Origin: Octopus vulgaris
Lineage: Eukaryota
Reading direction: 5' to 3'
DNA length: 64,000 nt
NCBI GenBank assembly: GCA_951406725.2
Contig: OX597816.1
Location: forward strand, 53,072,001 to 53,136,000
Shown here: positions 12,060-23,665 of the stretch, in pieces
Numbering within the stretch: the first letter of the stretch is position 1
Layout of the letters: every line of letters begins with the position of its first letter
Program-made: the position numbers and the translations under genes
The notes under the pieces: model-generated
Seen by the model: the letters and a program-made list of their open reading frames with translations, nothing else
What the model was told of the DNA's origin: nothing
Databases searched by the model: none

Positions 12060-12270
12060 CAAGCTGGCAGAATCATTAGCATGCCAGGCCAGATGCTTAG
12101 CAGTATTTTGTCTGCCACTATGTTCTCTGCTCAAATTCCACTGAGTTAGACTTTGCCTGTCATCCATTCAGGATCAATAAACAAAGTACCAGTTTTGTGC
12201 TGGGGTCGATGTAATCAACTATCCCCTCTCCCAAATTTCAGGCCTTTTGCTTATTGTAGAAAGGATTATT
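12060..12270 (+). mobile_element. SINE family A, short-tail variant
   Basis: AGCTGGCAGAATCATTAGC...GGCCTTTTGCTTATTGTAGAAAGGATTATT. Confidence 0.75.
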
Positions 12271-12354
12271 TATAACAAACTAATACCCACTCCATCCCTT
12301 ATTATTGTTCACTTCTGCCTCTAAATAAAAAAACTTCATTTAATAATTGAAGTT

Positions 12355-13280
12355 GAGTTAAGTGATAATTCCAAGGTATTACAAATTTTAAATGAGATAG
12401 GTTGGGGTATTATAAGTGCTATCATAATGGAAAGGTGCATAGTGGAAGCAGCAAAGTAACCCTAAAAGGATATAATGAATTTTATAAACTCTAGTTAGTA
12501 GAATCGACATTAGAATTTCTTTCACAATAAACTTTATGTCCACTAACTAAACTGATAATTGTAGTTATCTGTTTTCTGGTTCTAAGAATTTAAATTTGGG
12601 TGCTAATAAAAATAATAGTTAGCTTTGACATTAAGGTTAACTTTAAATTATAGTTAGCTTTGCATTGGCGGATGAACAGATTAATAAATTGTGGATTTAC
12701 AGTTAGTTTTGGCAAGTTCATTGTTCGTAAAATGTTTAGGTAATTGCTGTTGGAAGAGAGCATAAGTTGTAGTTATGGCTTTTGTGTGCAGAGGAAAAAT
12801 GTAATAAAGGTGAATTATATTAATGTGAAATGGTGCATGGAGATGTAAAATTACATAACGGGACAAAGCCACAACTACTCTCTTCCATTAGCAATTACTT
12901 GAACATCTTACAAATAATCAACTTGTCAAAACTAACTCTGAATTCAAAATTTATTGATCTAGTCATCTTTCTATGCAAATCTATCTAACCACAAGTAATT
13001 TAAAATTAACCTCGGTGTCAAAGCTGACTAGAATCCTTAATACCAACACAAAGTCCCCTATCTAAAAATCAGAAAATAGATAAATATAATTGTAAGTCTA
13101 GTTAAATTAGTAAGAATTTATTGCTATGAAAATTCCAATGTTCATTATACTAATTAAAGTTTATAAAATTCAGTATAAGTCTTTATGGTAACTCTGCTGG
13201 TCCCACTATACATACTGTTACGGCATAATCAACAGCTCCTCTCATTTAAAATGCATCAAATTTTCAAATAATAGCTTAAT
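12355..13280. repeat. Long diverged inverted repeat (foldback): arms ~12355-12786 and ~12864-13280
   Basis: The reverse complement of the left arm aligns colinearly with the right arm, e.g. AACTTG(C/T)CAAAACTAACT, GTTTATAAAATTCA, TCTCATTTAAAAT, TGTCAAAGCT(A/G)ACTA. Confidence 0.85.
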
Positions 13281-14209
13281 GACACTGACCATAACAGCCT
13301 AATTAAAATAATCCACTACACCTATTTATTCACACTCCAAATTCATCATCTTAATGAGTTGACATTATTCCCACTTCTCCTCCCAGCTGCATCTTTCATT
13401 TGTCATTTCAATTTTGTTCACACACACACACCACATATTCTAAAAATATACTTGCTTTAATTCCTAACTTGTGTTATTGTTAGCCTTTGTATTCTCTTCA
13501 TCTAAATGGTGTTTGGAATTTTGCTTTGAACATAAGACATTTATAATCTGACTATTTATATTATTTTGAATAAAAAATTAGTTATGCAGCGTATCTCATT
13601 TAACATAATGTTAAAGTCATTTAATAAAATGAAAGGAAATATTTTTATATAAATTGTTTATACTCTAAATGATTTAAACATAATAAATGATATATTGCAT
13701 ATATATTAATGTTATTACCATTTATAACAGGTTACTGAAGTTCAAATAAAATTTTAAATGGTGTATGCTCTCATAGCTGTGTATAGCACATAATAAAGTA
13801 TGTTAGTAGCGTATAGGCAGTAACTAAGTACATTTCTTCATTCTGTTGTATCCATTATGGTTTTACATTTAAAATTTGAATAATTTCAAATGTAAAACTG
13901 TAACAGATACAGCAAAATGTTTTAGTAAGAAAGCAAACAGCCTTAAATGATATAATCTGATGGGTATATTTATGATGTACAACAAACATCTAATGTAGTA
14001 TTACTATCACAGAAAAATGTACCATTATTACAGTTATTTAAACTCTTGATTAAACATTAGTTTAGCTTGAAGAATAAATATAATTTATACTGTCATGAAT
14101 ATGACAATGTGTTACAACAAAGAGAAATGGGTAGTATTTAGTTTTTGTGTATACTGTACACACATAATGTCTAGGTTTAAAAATCTGGTTAAAAAAAGGT
14201 GTGTATCAT

Positions 14210-14645
14210 ATCATCATCATCATCATCATTGTTTAACGTCTGTTCTCCATGCTAGCATGGGTTGGACGGTTCGACCAGGGATCTGGGAAGCCAGAAGGCT
14301 GCACCAGGTTCCAGTCTTATCTGACAATGTCTCTACAGCTGGATGCCCTTCCTAATGCCAACCACTCCGTGAGTGTAGTGGGTGCTTTTTACGTGCCACC
14401 TGCACTGGTGCCAGGCGAGGCAGGCATCGGCCACGGTCGGATTGGTGCATTTTATGTGCCACCTGCACGGAAGCCAGTCGAGGCGGCACTGGCTTCGGCC
14501 ACGATTCGGATGGTGCTTTTTACGTGCCACCGACACGGAAGCCAGTCAAGGCGGCGCTGGCATCGGCCACGATTCGGATAGTGCTTTTTACGTATCTCCA
14601 GTCCAGGGGTCCTGGCATCTGCCGGGTGCCAGTCATAGAATTGGT
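14210..14645 (-). mobile_element. RTE LINE 3' UTR with ~60-bp internal repeats
   Basis: (CAT)n, then GTTTAACGTC...CTGGATGCCCTTCCTAATGCCAACCACTCC, homologous to 44.5 kb. Confidence 0.85.
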
Positions 14646-15176
14646 TCCATACATGAATAAATATACTAAGCTAGATAAAGCCTTAAAACAGCCTTGTTTG
14701 GAGTGTTAAAACTAGCGTATTAACATTGTTTTAATGCAATACTGTATAACAGAATATACCTAAAAGACTTTTAACTCACATTGTATGTCTTGACACTTTG
14801 TATACAATGTCTCTGTAGACCGAAAAAGATGCATCTGCCAAATTAGTTACAATCCAGTGTTGTGATTTCATCAGCAACTAAGTAACTTCTTTAACTCTCC
14901 ACAGAGACACTGCTTATAAACCACTATTGCTAAGGGTCAAAGTAAACTGGACAGACAAATTGGCATATATAATGTTCTCTTGGCAGTGAGTTTGGTTGAT
15001 AAATTAATGTAGAATTAGCAGCAGTTGGTTTCTATGCAAGCAAGGCTGTGGTGGTTAAACAGTTCACAATGCAACCAAATGGTTTTAGGATTGATCACAC
15101 TGTGCAGCATCTTATGGATATGTTTTCTAATATTGCAAGAATTTGTTTGACAGAAACTGCAAAAAATTTGCATGTA

Positions 15177-15551
15177 TCTCTCTATATATAAACAGCAGTT
15201 TGTCTGTGCGTGTTTCTGTGTGTCTGTTTGCTTGTACCCTCACCCTGACCACGGCTTTCAACCGATGCTGATGAAACTTGACACACACATAGCCCAATGT
15301 CATAATTCAAAACTAACGCAGCCAAAATTTTGAAAAGTTCCCCCAGTTCTGAAAAAAATCGATAAATTCGACATGGGGTCGAGAATTAGAAACACGAACC
15401 ACAAACTGTCTAGGGGACGCAACTCCATCCTTTTTTAACTCTCAAAAAAAATTTACCATCATTTTTTTCCTATTTTTTGGCTATAACTCTCTGAAAATGC
15501 TTTATAGTTATTTCCCTTACAAACCTGAGCAACGCCGGGCGATACTGCTAG
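15177..15551 (+). mobile_element. Non-autonomous Helitron
   Basis: A|TC 5' end, CTAG|T 3' end, subterminal GC hairpin CCTGAGCAACGCCGGG, no TSD. Confidence 0.8.
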
Positions 15552-15616
15552 TATTATATATACAAGTGTTTGTTCGTGGGTGTGGATGTGGAGGGGTGTA
15601 TGTATATGTATACGTA

Positions 15617-15828
15617 CGAGGGGCTACTGAAAAGTTCCTGGTTTTGCATAAAAGAAAATACAGGAAGATCAGTTAATTACGATTTTATGCAACATATTCC
15701 CCTCTCAGATTCACACACTTAATTCAGTGGTCCTTCAGTTTTTGTAAGCCTTGTAAAAGAACTTGGAAGGTTGAGCCTCCAGCCAAGCCTTTTGCGATAC
15801 CCTAAAAGCCAGGATTTTTTACCATCTC

Positions 15829-15832
<4 letters not shown>
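15617..15832. mobile_element. Mariner-type MITE
   Basis: TA-flanked decayed TIRs: CGAGGGGCTACTGAAAAGTTCCTGG ... CCAGGATTTTTTACCATCTCCTCA. Confidence 0.7.
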
Positions 15833-15879
<47 letters not shown>

Positions 15880-15882
<3 letters not shown>

Positions 15883-16162
15883 GCCCAGTGGTTCAAGCAG
15901 TGGACTCATGGTCGTAGGAACACAGTTTTGATTTCCAGACAGGGCATTTATTGAACGAAAACACCTAAAAGTTCCACGAGGCTCTGGCAGGGGAGGGTGG
16001 TGATCCCTGCTGTACTCTTTCGCCACAACTTTCTCTCACTTTTTCTTCTGTTGGCTTGCTCGCTTAGCCAGCGAGGTGGCATCATTTGAAGGCTAAGACA
16101 ATGTGAAGTGCCTTATGACCAGTGATGTGTAGCAACATCTGTTGGCCTGGGTAGTCACGTGA
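15880..16162 (+). mobile_element. tRNA-derived SINE family C
   Basis: TGGCCCAGTGGTT...GGACTCATGGTCGTAGGA head. Homologous copy at 50937-51312 on the minus strand. Confidence 0.75.
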
Positions 16163-17379
16163 TATATATGTTATATATATATATATATATATACATATAT
16201 ACATGGGTATGTGTATGCGTATATATGTATATTTTTATGTGTGTATAAAATTGGATATTGCACATTATCATCACTTGAGTGAACCAGTGGTAATGCTGAC
16301 ATCATGACCAGTTAGTCTGTGCTTTCATAGACCTCTGGAAGCAATATCCCTTACTTAAAAATAGTTTAACATTGACAACCATAAAACCTTAGCTCATAAC
16401 AACACCTCATCCAAACCTATGTTAGCATGGGAAAACAGATGCTAAATAAATGATGAAACTATATTACAGAATATACCTAGAGATTTTTAGTCAAAACTGT
16501 ATATATATATATATATATATATATAGAAAGACATAAAATGCATTGTCTGTATATACTATATCTTCATGGACAGAGAAAGAAAATAGATAAGTATTTCTTG
16601 AAGATTTAGGGAGATACTGTATGAGAATAAGAATAATATTAAAGTTCTGTGAAAAAGAAATACATTTCAAATCTATGTGCTATATTGTGTATGGAAGTTT
16701 CCAGAATATACGAAATTAATGCACATTTAGAAATGCAGTAAAGAAGGCTAATACACAAATCATGCTGAATTATTCCAGCATATATAGGAAAGTTTTGAAG
16801 GGCACTGAAGCAGATACAAGATAAGAAATCTTAATGTATATTGTAGAAGAATGCTATAGAAAAGGATGAGAAATCAGTCACTCAATTGTCAGTAAAAAAT
16901 TCTATCAATAAATACAAATGGTCTAATAATGCTGGTTATCTACAAACCAATGAGAGAGCGTCCATTTATTTACTTGATCTGCTAAATATAGCAACCAAAA
17001 CTGCCACTAAACTTTGAAATTTAGACCAGCTAATAACTATTTCATGGGAGGACATTTATAATATACAAACAGGATGACCAAGATAAGAACACTGATTAAG
17101 TGCCTGTTTTGTTGGTTCTTAGTAGAGAGAGGATCCTGTCTCCACTAATGAGGAAATGCAATCTATAGAAGTATGTGACCCCTGTCAGTATCAAGCTATT
17201 GAAAGGCCTCAAGGTCCAGGTTGGAACCTGGCCATAAACAAACAATTGGTTCTCTGTATACCATACAGTAAACTAGAACTACTTAACACATTAAACACGG
17301 TTTCCAGAATCCTGAGCAATCAAGAAAATGGATTTAGACCTAATTGTTTATTGATGCAATGTGCGTTCGAGATGACATG

Positions 17380-17646
17380 ACTAGAATTAAAAATATAAAG
17401 CATTTATAAGCCTTCGAAGAGAACAAACCTAGATTTAACAATTGAGGAAATTCATTAACATTCTCAAGAACAGAGTTAACCTTAACAATTTAAAATGTTT
17501 ATTAGAACTCAAGGAAATAGACCTAGGGTAAACAATTTAAGAAGTTCATCAGTATTCAAGAGAAGAGTTAGTCCTTACAATTTAAAAAGACTTAATTCAA
17601 GAAAACAGATCCAGTCATAACAATTTTATAAGTTCATTCGCATTCA
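17380..17646. repeat. Diverged ~46-bp minisatellite, about 6 units
   Basis: The motifs (T/A)AACAATT(T/G)A...ATTCAAG recur at roughly 45-47-bp spacing. Confidence 0.65.
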
Positions 17647-17649
17647 TAC

Positions 17650-18065
17650 TAGGCATAGGAGTGGCTGTGTGGTAAGTAGCTTGCTTACAAACCACATGGT
17701 TCTGGGTTCAGTCCCACTGCATGGCATCTTGGGCAAGTGTCTTCTACTATAGCTTTAGGCCGACCAAAGCCTTTTGAGTGGATTTGGTAGATGGAAACTG
17801 AAAGAAGCCCGTCATATATATGTATATATATGTATGTATATGTGTGTGTATATGTTTGTGTGTCTGTTTGACATAGCTTGACAACCGATGCTGGTGTGTT
17901 TACATCCCCGTAACTTAGTGGTTCGGCAAAAGATTCCGATAGAATAAGAGACCAATAGAATAATTGCTAGGCTTACAAAGAATAAGTCTTGGAGTCGATT
18001 TGCTCGACTAAATGCGGTGTTCCAGCATGGCCACAGTCAAATGACTGAAACAAGTAAAAGAGTAA
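17650..18065 (+). mobile_element. CORE-type SINE family B, full length
   Basis: tRNA-like head, CORE-like (C/T)CTTGGGCAAGT, internal TA/TG microsatellite, GAAACAAGTAAAAGAG tail. Confidence 0.9.
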
Positions 18066-18902
18066 TTCAAGGGAACTATCCTTGTCCTATCAAAACTGTG
18101 AATGACTAATAGAAATGCAGCTCACATTAAATGTATCATGAATGTTTGACTAATGTAGTTATTTATCTTCTAGTGTCCTGATGGTGTCTGAGTCACAAAT
18201 CTTCTACTAAATAATTTGCTCCATCATTCCTCATTCGAACTCTTATATGACCATTCCGAAATATAATGGTCATAAAAAATCTTGCACAATAAATATTTAA
18301 ACGTATATTCTCTTTATTGTTAAGTCAAAGTCAAAAATATAATAATAAAGAGAATGTTTAGAATATAATAATGGAGTTGAAGAAATGGTACAACAGCGCC
18401 ATTCTAAACTATATACAGTAATGGCAAGCAAAATGATAAAATAGTGTCATCCTAAAAAATACAACTAATTGTATAGGTAAAATATCAAGGTACAAAAGTG
18501 CCAAACTAAATGCTTTAATTTTGCCTTTAATTCTTTTAGGGATCAATAAAATAGGTATCCATCAGGTTTATTTAATTTACTCTGGTCCTACTTTGTCCTG
18601 AGAAGTTCCCAATTTTCTGACAAATCCAGAAGTCGTTATAATTGTTCCACCATAGCAAAATTACAATAGCTGAAAGTAGCTAAAGAATAAATTTGTATTA
18701 AATTTTTAAAATACATATCACCAACAGAGGTGATATTAATAGCAAGAAGTAATATTTATCCTCACTTAAACATCAATGTTCTGTGACAAAATAACTATAC
18801 TGTTGTAGCTACCAGGACAGAAAATACAAAAGCCAATATAAAAGTGTCTCTCATGGTAACTGCTACAAAATAGTTTTTCTAACACAACATCCACATCTAA
18901 TT

Positions 18903-19113
18903 ACTCTTTTACTATTTTACTTGTTTCAGTCATTTGGCTGTGGCCATGCTGGAGCACCGCCTTTAGTCGAGCAAATCGACCCCAGGACTTATTCTCTGTA
19001 AACCTAGTGCTTATTCTATCGGTCTCTTTTACCGAACCGCTAAGTTACGGGGACGTAAACACACCAGCATCGGTTGTCAAGCGATGTTGGGGGGGACAAA
19101 CACAGACACACAA

Positions 19114-19144
<31 letters not shown>

Positions 19145-19317
19145 CATATATATGATGGGCTTCTTTCAGTTTCTGCCTACCAAATCCACTCACAAGGCTT
19201 TGGTCGGCCCAAGGCTATAGTAGAAGACACCTGCCCAAGGTGCCATGCAGTGGGACTGAACCCGGAACCATGTGGTTCGTAAGCAAGCTACTTACCACAC
19301 AGCCACTCCTACGCCTA
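18903..19317 (-). mobile_element. CORE-type SINE family B, full length
   Basis: Reverse complement of the family B consensus. Confidence 0.9.
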
Positions 19318-19542
19318 ACTGGGGATAAATATTACCTCTCTATAGTTAAAAAGTACCTATTTCAAACCAATTCATTTCTTTTGCAAAAATTATATCATTG
19401 AAAGAGTATGGATGTTATGAAGTCCCATTTGTCTTCATTTACAAAGCCAAAGCTTTATACATATATTTTCAGTCAGAGGAATTAAGTATATATTAATCTG
19501 AATTTAAATATATAATACCAGTGACAAAGTTAAAATTGAAAT

Positions 19543-19965
19543 CAGGTGCAGGAGTGGCTGTGTGGTAAGTAGCTTGCTCACCAACCACATGGTTCTGGGT
19601 TCAGTCCCACCGCATGGCACCTTGGGCAAGTGTCTTCTACTATAGCCTCGGACCGACCAAAGCCTTGTGAGTGGATTTGGTAGACGGAAACTGAAAGAAG
19701 CCCATCATATATATATACATATACATATATATATATATGTATGTATGTGTATGGATATGTTTGTGTGTCTGTGTTTGTCCCCACCAACATCGCTTGACAA
19801 CCAATGCTGGTGTGTTTACGTCCCCGTAACTTAGCAGTTCAGCAAAAGAGACCGATAGAATAAGTACTAGGTTCACAAAGAATAAGTCCTGGGGTCGATT
19901 TGCTCGACTAAAGGCGGTGCTCCAACATGGCCGCAGTCAAATGACTGAAACAAGTAAAGAAGTAA
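19543..19965 (+). mobile_element. CORE-type SINE family B, full length
   Basis: Same structure as 17650-18065. Confidence 0.9.
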
Positions 19966-20190
19966 AACCTTTTGATTCAGTGATAAAGAAACTTTGCCAT
20001 GCTACTACTACCTACTGTGTCTGATAATTGTTTACTTATGTTAAAGAAAGTATTTACTCTTTCAATAGAAATAAAGGCAAAGTATAATTTGCAGCTTCAT
20101 TTCGTTGAAGAAAATTAGGAGAAGATATTTTGGTTTCATAAAAATACAAAATACTAGATTAAGTTAATAAATAAAACCAACTAAAAATTG

Positions 20191-20414
20191 CAGCGTGGAT
20201 TTATTTGTAAGCCATTTAAGAAACACACAAAAGCCGTTCAATTCACTTCAACATTTAAGTTTAATTTGTCGAAATATTTTCGTCGCTTTAAGACCACGTT
20301 CTGTTCACTGTGTGCTTCTTAAATGGCTTACAAACACCTTCCACGCTGCAATTGTTTTCGTTTCAGCACACGATCTCAGATCAAGTCACTTGCTATGCAA
20401 GTACATCTCCATAA
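20191..20414. mobile_element. PLE-type terminal repeat with a 5' inverted segment (20191-20310, minus) joined to a plus-strand 3' part
   Basis: Homologous to 20761-20959. Flanked by the 13-bp direct repeat CAACTAAAAATTG (20178-20190 and 20415-20427). Confidence 0.75.
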
Positions 20415-20771
20415 CAACTAAAAATTGATGAGTATCTAATATTAGCTTCAAGATAAAAGAAAATATGAAATTATTAATTAGTGTATATTGATGAAAACAT
20501 AGGCACAGATGTGGCTAAGGAGACTGGTTCACATCCTTGTTGGTTCAAGTTTGCTTTTAATTGTTCATCACACTGGGCAAGTGTCTACTACTATAGTACT
20601 ATAACTGCAAGGTGATCAACGTAAGCACGGATACCAGTCATGCAGTGCTGGCATCGAATTTGATTTCGATTTCACTTGCCTCAACAGGTCTTCGCAAGCA
20701 GAGTTTAGTGTCCAATGAAAGAAAGGTACACCTATATATATATATATATATGTATATATGCAGCATGGATT

Positions 20772-20822
20772 TTTGTCAGTGAACAGGTCGCGGTATTATA
20801 GTGACGAAAATATTTTGACAAA
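20772..20822 (+). ncRNA. Minimal type I hammerhead-like motif with G3-C8 core, inside a PLE-type repeat (20761-20959)
   Basis: TTTGTCA-GTGAACA-G-GTCGC..GTGAC-GAAA-ATAT-TT-TGACAAA. Stem I 7 bp, stem II 5 bp, palindromic AAATATTT helix III. Confidence 0.6.
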
Positions 20823-20986
20823 TTAAACTTAAATGTTGAAGTGAATCGAACGGCTTTAGTGTGTTTCTTAAATGGCTTACAAACACCTTCCACACTGCAA
20901 TTGTTTTCATTCCAGCACACGATCTCAGATAAAATCACTTGCTATGCAAGTACATCTCCATATATATATATATATATATATATATA

Positions 20987-21204
20987 TCATCATCATCATC
21001 ATCATCATTTAACGTCTGCTTTCCATGCTAGCATGGGTTGGACTGTTCAACTGGGGTCTGGGGAGCCCGAAGGCTGCACCAGGCCAGTCAGATCTGGCAG
21101 TGTTTCTACAGCTGGATGCTCTTCCTAACGCCAACCACTCCGAGAGTGTAGTGGGTGATTTTATGTGCCACCGACACAGGTGCCAGACGAGGCTGGCGAA
21201 TGGC

Positions 21205-21207
<3 letters not shown>
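20987..21207 (-). mobile_element. RTE LINE 3' end
   Basis: (CAT)n plus the conserved 3' UTR. Confidence 0.85.
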
Positions 21208-21241
<34 letters not shown>

Positions 21242-21634
21242 TGCGCCTTTTCATTGATAGCATGTAGTCTAGTGATCAGGTTGTTGGGTCCACAACCTTA
21301 ATGCCATGAGTCAAAATTCTGGATAAGATTGAACAAGATATATTTTATTACCCATTGCTTCAGTCTACTCCACAGAAAAATTTCTACCAGTCAAGAGATG
21401 TTGGTGCTCTTGTTCCCTCCAGCAGTCACATCCATGATGTTTTATTGGGTCAGTGATGGGACAGCCAGGCTGGTACCTATGTTTAGTTGCAAGAGAATCT
21501 TAGATGATTATACATGTCACTAAGCCATACTTGCTTGTGATTGACAGTAATGGGTACATTCTGAGTGTATGTATGTGTGTGTGTGTATGTGTGTGTGTGT
21601 GTGTGTGCGTGTAAGATTGGAAGGATGGATGAAC

Positions 21635-21933
<299 letters not shown>

Positions 21934-22390
21934 TGGTATACAGAGTGAAATAAATCAATACTTGCTCTATATAAATTTTTTTGAAATACACATTTAACTG
22001 CTGGACATATGTTTACGATAGGTTCTAGTTTTTTTTTCTCTGAATATAATATTAAATTCGAAAGTAGAGGTCTTCAAAGTTTTTATCCTTGGTTCTCCAA
22101 ACTAAAAACCAAGGATAAGAATTCTATTTGTGAACAAAACCTTAAACAAGATAAGAAAATGTATTATTTTATTTTTATAATCAATTTGAATTTTGCATAT
22201 TTATTACCAAGATTATTGTATGATAGTTGGTAAATGGGAATCAGTAGAGCAATTGAGCTTTCAGTTGCATATGTCGGTGCATACATGTGCATGTATTTTC
22301 ATGAGAGAGTCAGTGAGTATGTATGTATGTATGTATGTATGTATGTATGTATGTGTATGTATATATGAGTATGTATGTAAGTATGTATGT

Positions 22391-22720
22391 GAAGGTGCAT
22401 GGCTCAGTGGTTAGAGCGTTGAGCTTACAATCATGAGGGTGTGAGCTCGAATCCTGGACCAGGCCGCGTGTTGTGTTCTTGAGCAAGACACTTTATTTGA
22501 CGTCGCTCCAGTTCACTCAGCTGTAGAAATGAGCTGCGACATCACAGGTGCCAAGCGGTATCGGCCTTTGCCTTTCCCTTGGATAACACTGGTGGCGTGG
22601 AGAGGGGAGACCAGTATGCATGGGCGACTGCTGGTCTGCCATAAACAACCTTGCCCAGACTTGTGTAAGGGTAACTTTTTAGGTGCAATCCCATGGTCAG
22701 TCATGACCAAAGGGGGTCTC
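22391..22720 (+). mobile_element. tRNA-derived CORE-type SINE family D
   Basis: A-box TGGCTCAGTGG, B-box-like GCTCGAATCC, CORE GTGTTCTTGAGCAAGACACT. Second copy at 58492-58795 on the minus strand. Confidence 0.85.
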
Positions 22721-22927
22721 AGATATATGTATGTATGTACATATGTATAGTCAACAGATGAGATCCAGAGTTCCTCAGTATAGAAAACAGTAGCACTCAA
22801 TAGATTTTTGCATGTATGCACAAGCATTGCAGTGTGGGGTGATGATCCACCCTGGGTGGCACTTTTGGGTCTGCTGTAAGCAATATGTGTTTCCTTTGGG
22901 GTCCAGGGGTGGCAAATGGAAGGGCTA

Positions 22928-23627
22928 GATTAAACATCTAAGTACAAGGCATACCTGTTGATGAAGACTTCGCCTAGCAAATTATTTTATTTGCTAAAAA
23001 CAGTCAGAAACCATGGTCCAGGAGATAGATGGTAAATGTTTTTATTTTTCATTCCCTTCGAAGTTTTATCCCTAATAGTGGTTTGGACTTTGGCTGTTCC
23101 TTCTAGCATGCAAGGAATCCTATGATGGATACCTTTTATGTGTTTAAATGTACACTGTATTTACATGAATAATATATAGTCTATTGACTAATTTTTCTAC
23201 ACTCTTGGCCAATGGTAGTAAAAATATCTAAAATCTTTATTACCCTGATATTATAAATTATTGATAATTTTTTCTGGAAAATTTTCGAAGTAACACCGGT
23301 ATTATATTCTTTTGCTGCCGACAAAAATCTTCGCTTGCATGGTGGATTTGAAAAATTATAATGTATATGCTGGATTGCCTCATACTTACATGTTTAATCT
23401 AAGCGTACTTGTCGATGAAGACTTCGCCTAGCAAATTTTTTTTATTTGCTAAAAAAAAGTCAGAAACCATGGTCCAGAAGATGGATGGTAAATGATTTTA
23501 TTTTTCATTCCCTATGAAGTTTTATCCCTAATAGTGGTTTGAACTTTGGCTGTTCCTTCTAGCGTGCAAGGAATCCTATGATGGATACCTCTTATGTGTT
23601 TAAATGTACACTGTATTTATATGAATA

Positions 23628-23630
<3 letters not shown>
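22928..23630 (+). mobile_element. Tandem PLE-type terminal repeats (22946-23175 and 23401-23630), each with an HHR-like motif, preceded by a short inverted tag
   Basis: Two ~225-bp direct repeats containing T(T/C)GATGA-AGACT...AGTCA-GAAAC-CATG-GTC-CAG. 22928-22944 is the reverse complement of ~23383-23399. Confidence 0.75.

Positions 23631-23665
<35 letters not shown>

Noticed and set aside
17121-17380. Plus-strand ORF or exon candidate
   Set aside because: No recognisable homology and weak splice signals.
22391-22470. tRNA gene
   Set aside because: It is a tRNA-like SINE head continuing into CORE and tail sequence, with no proper acceptor stem. The same applies to the other SINE heads.
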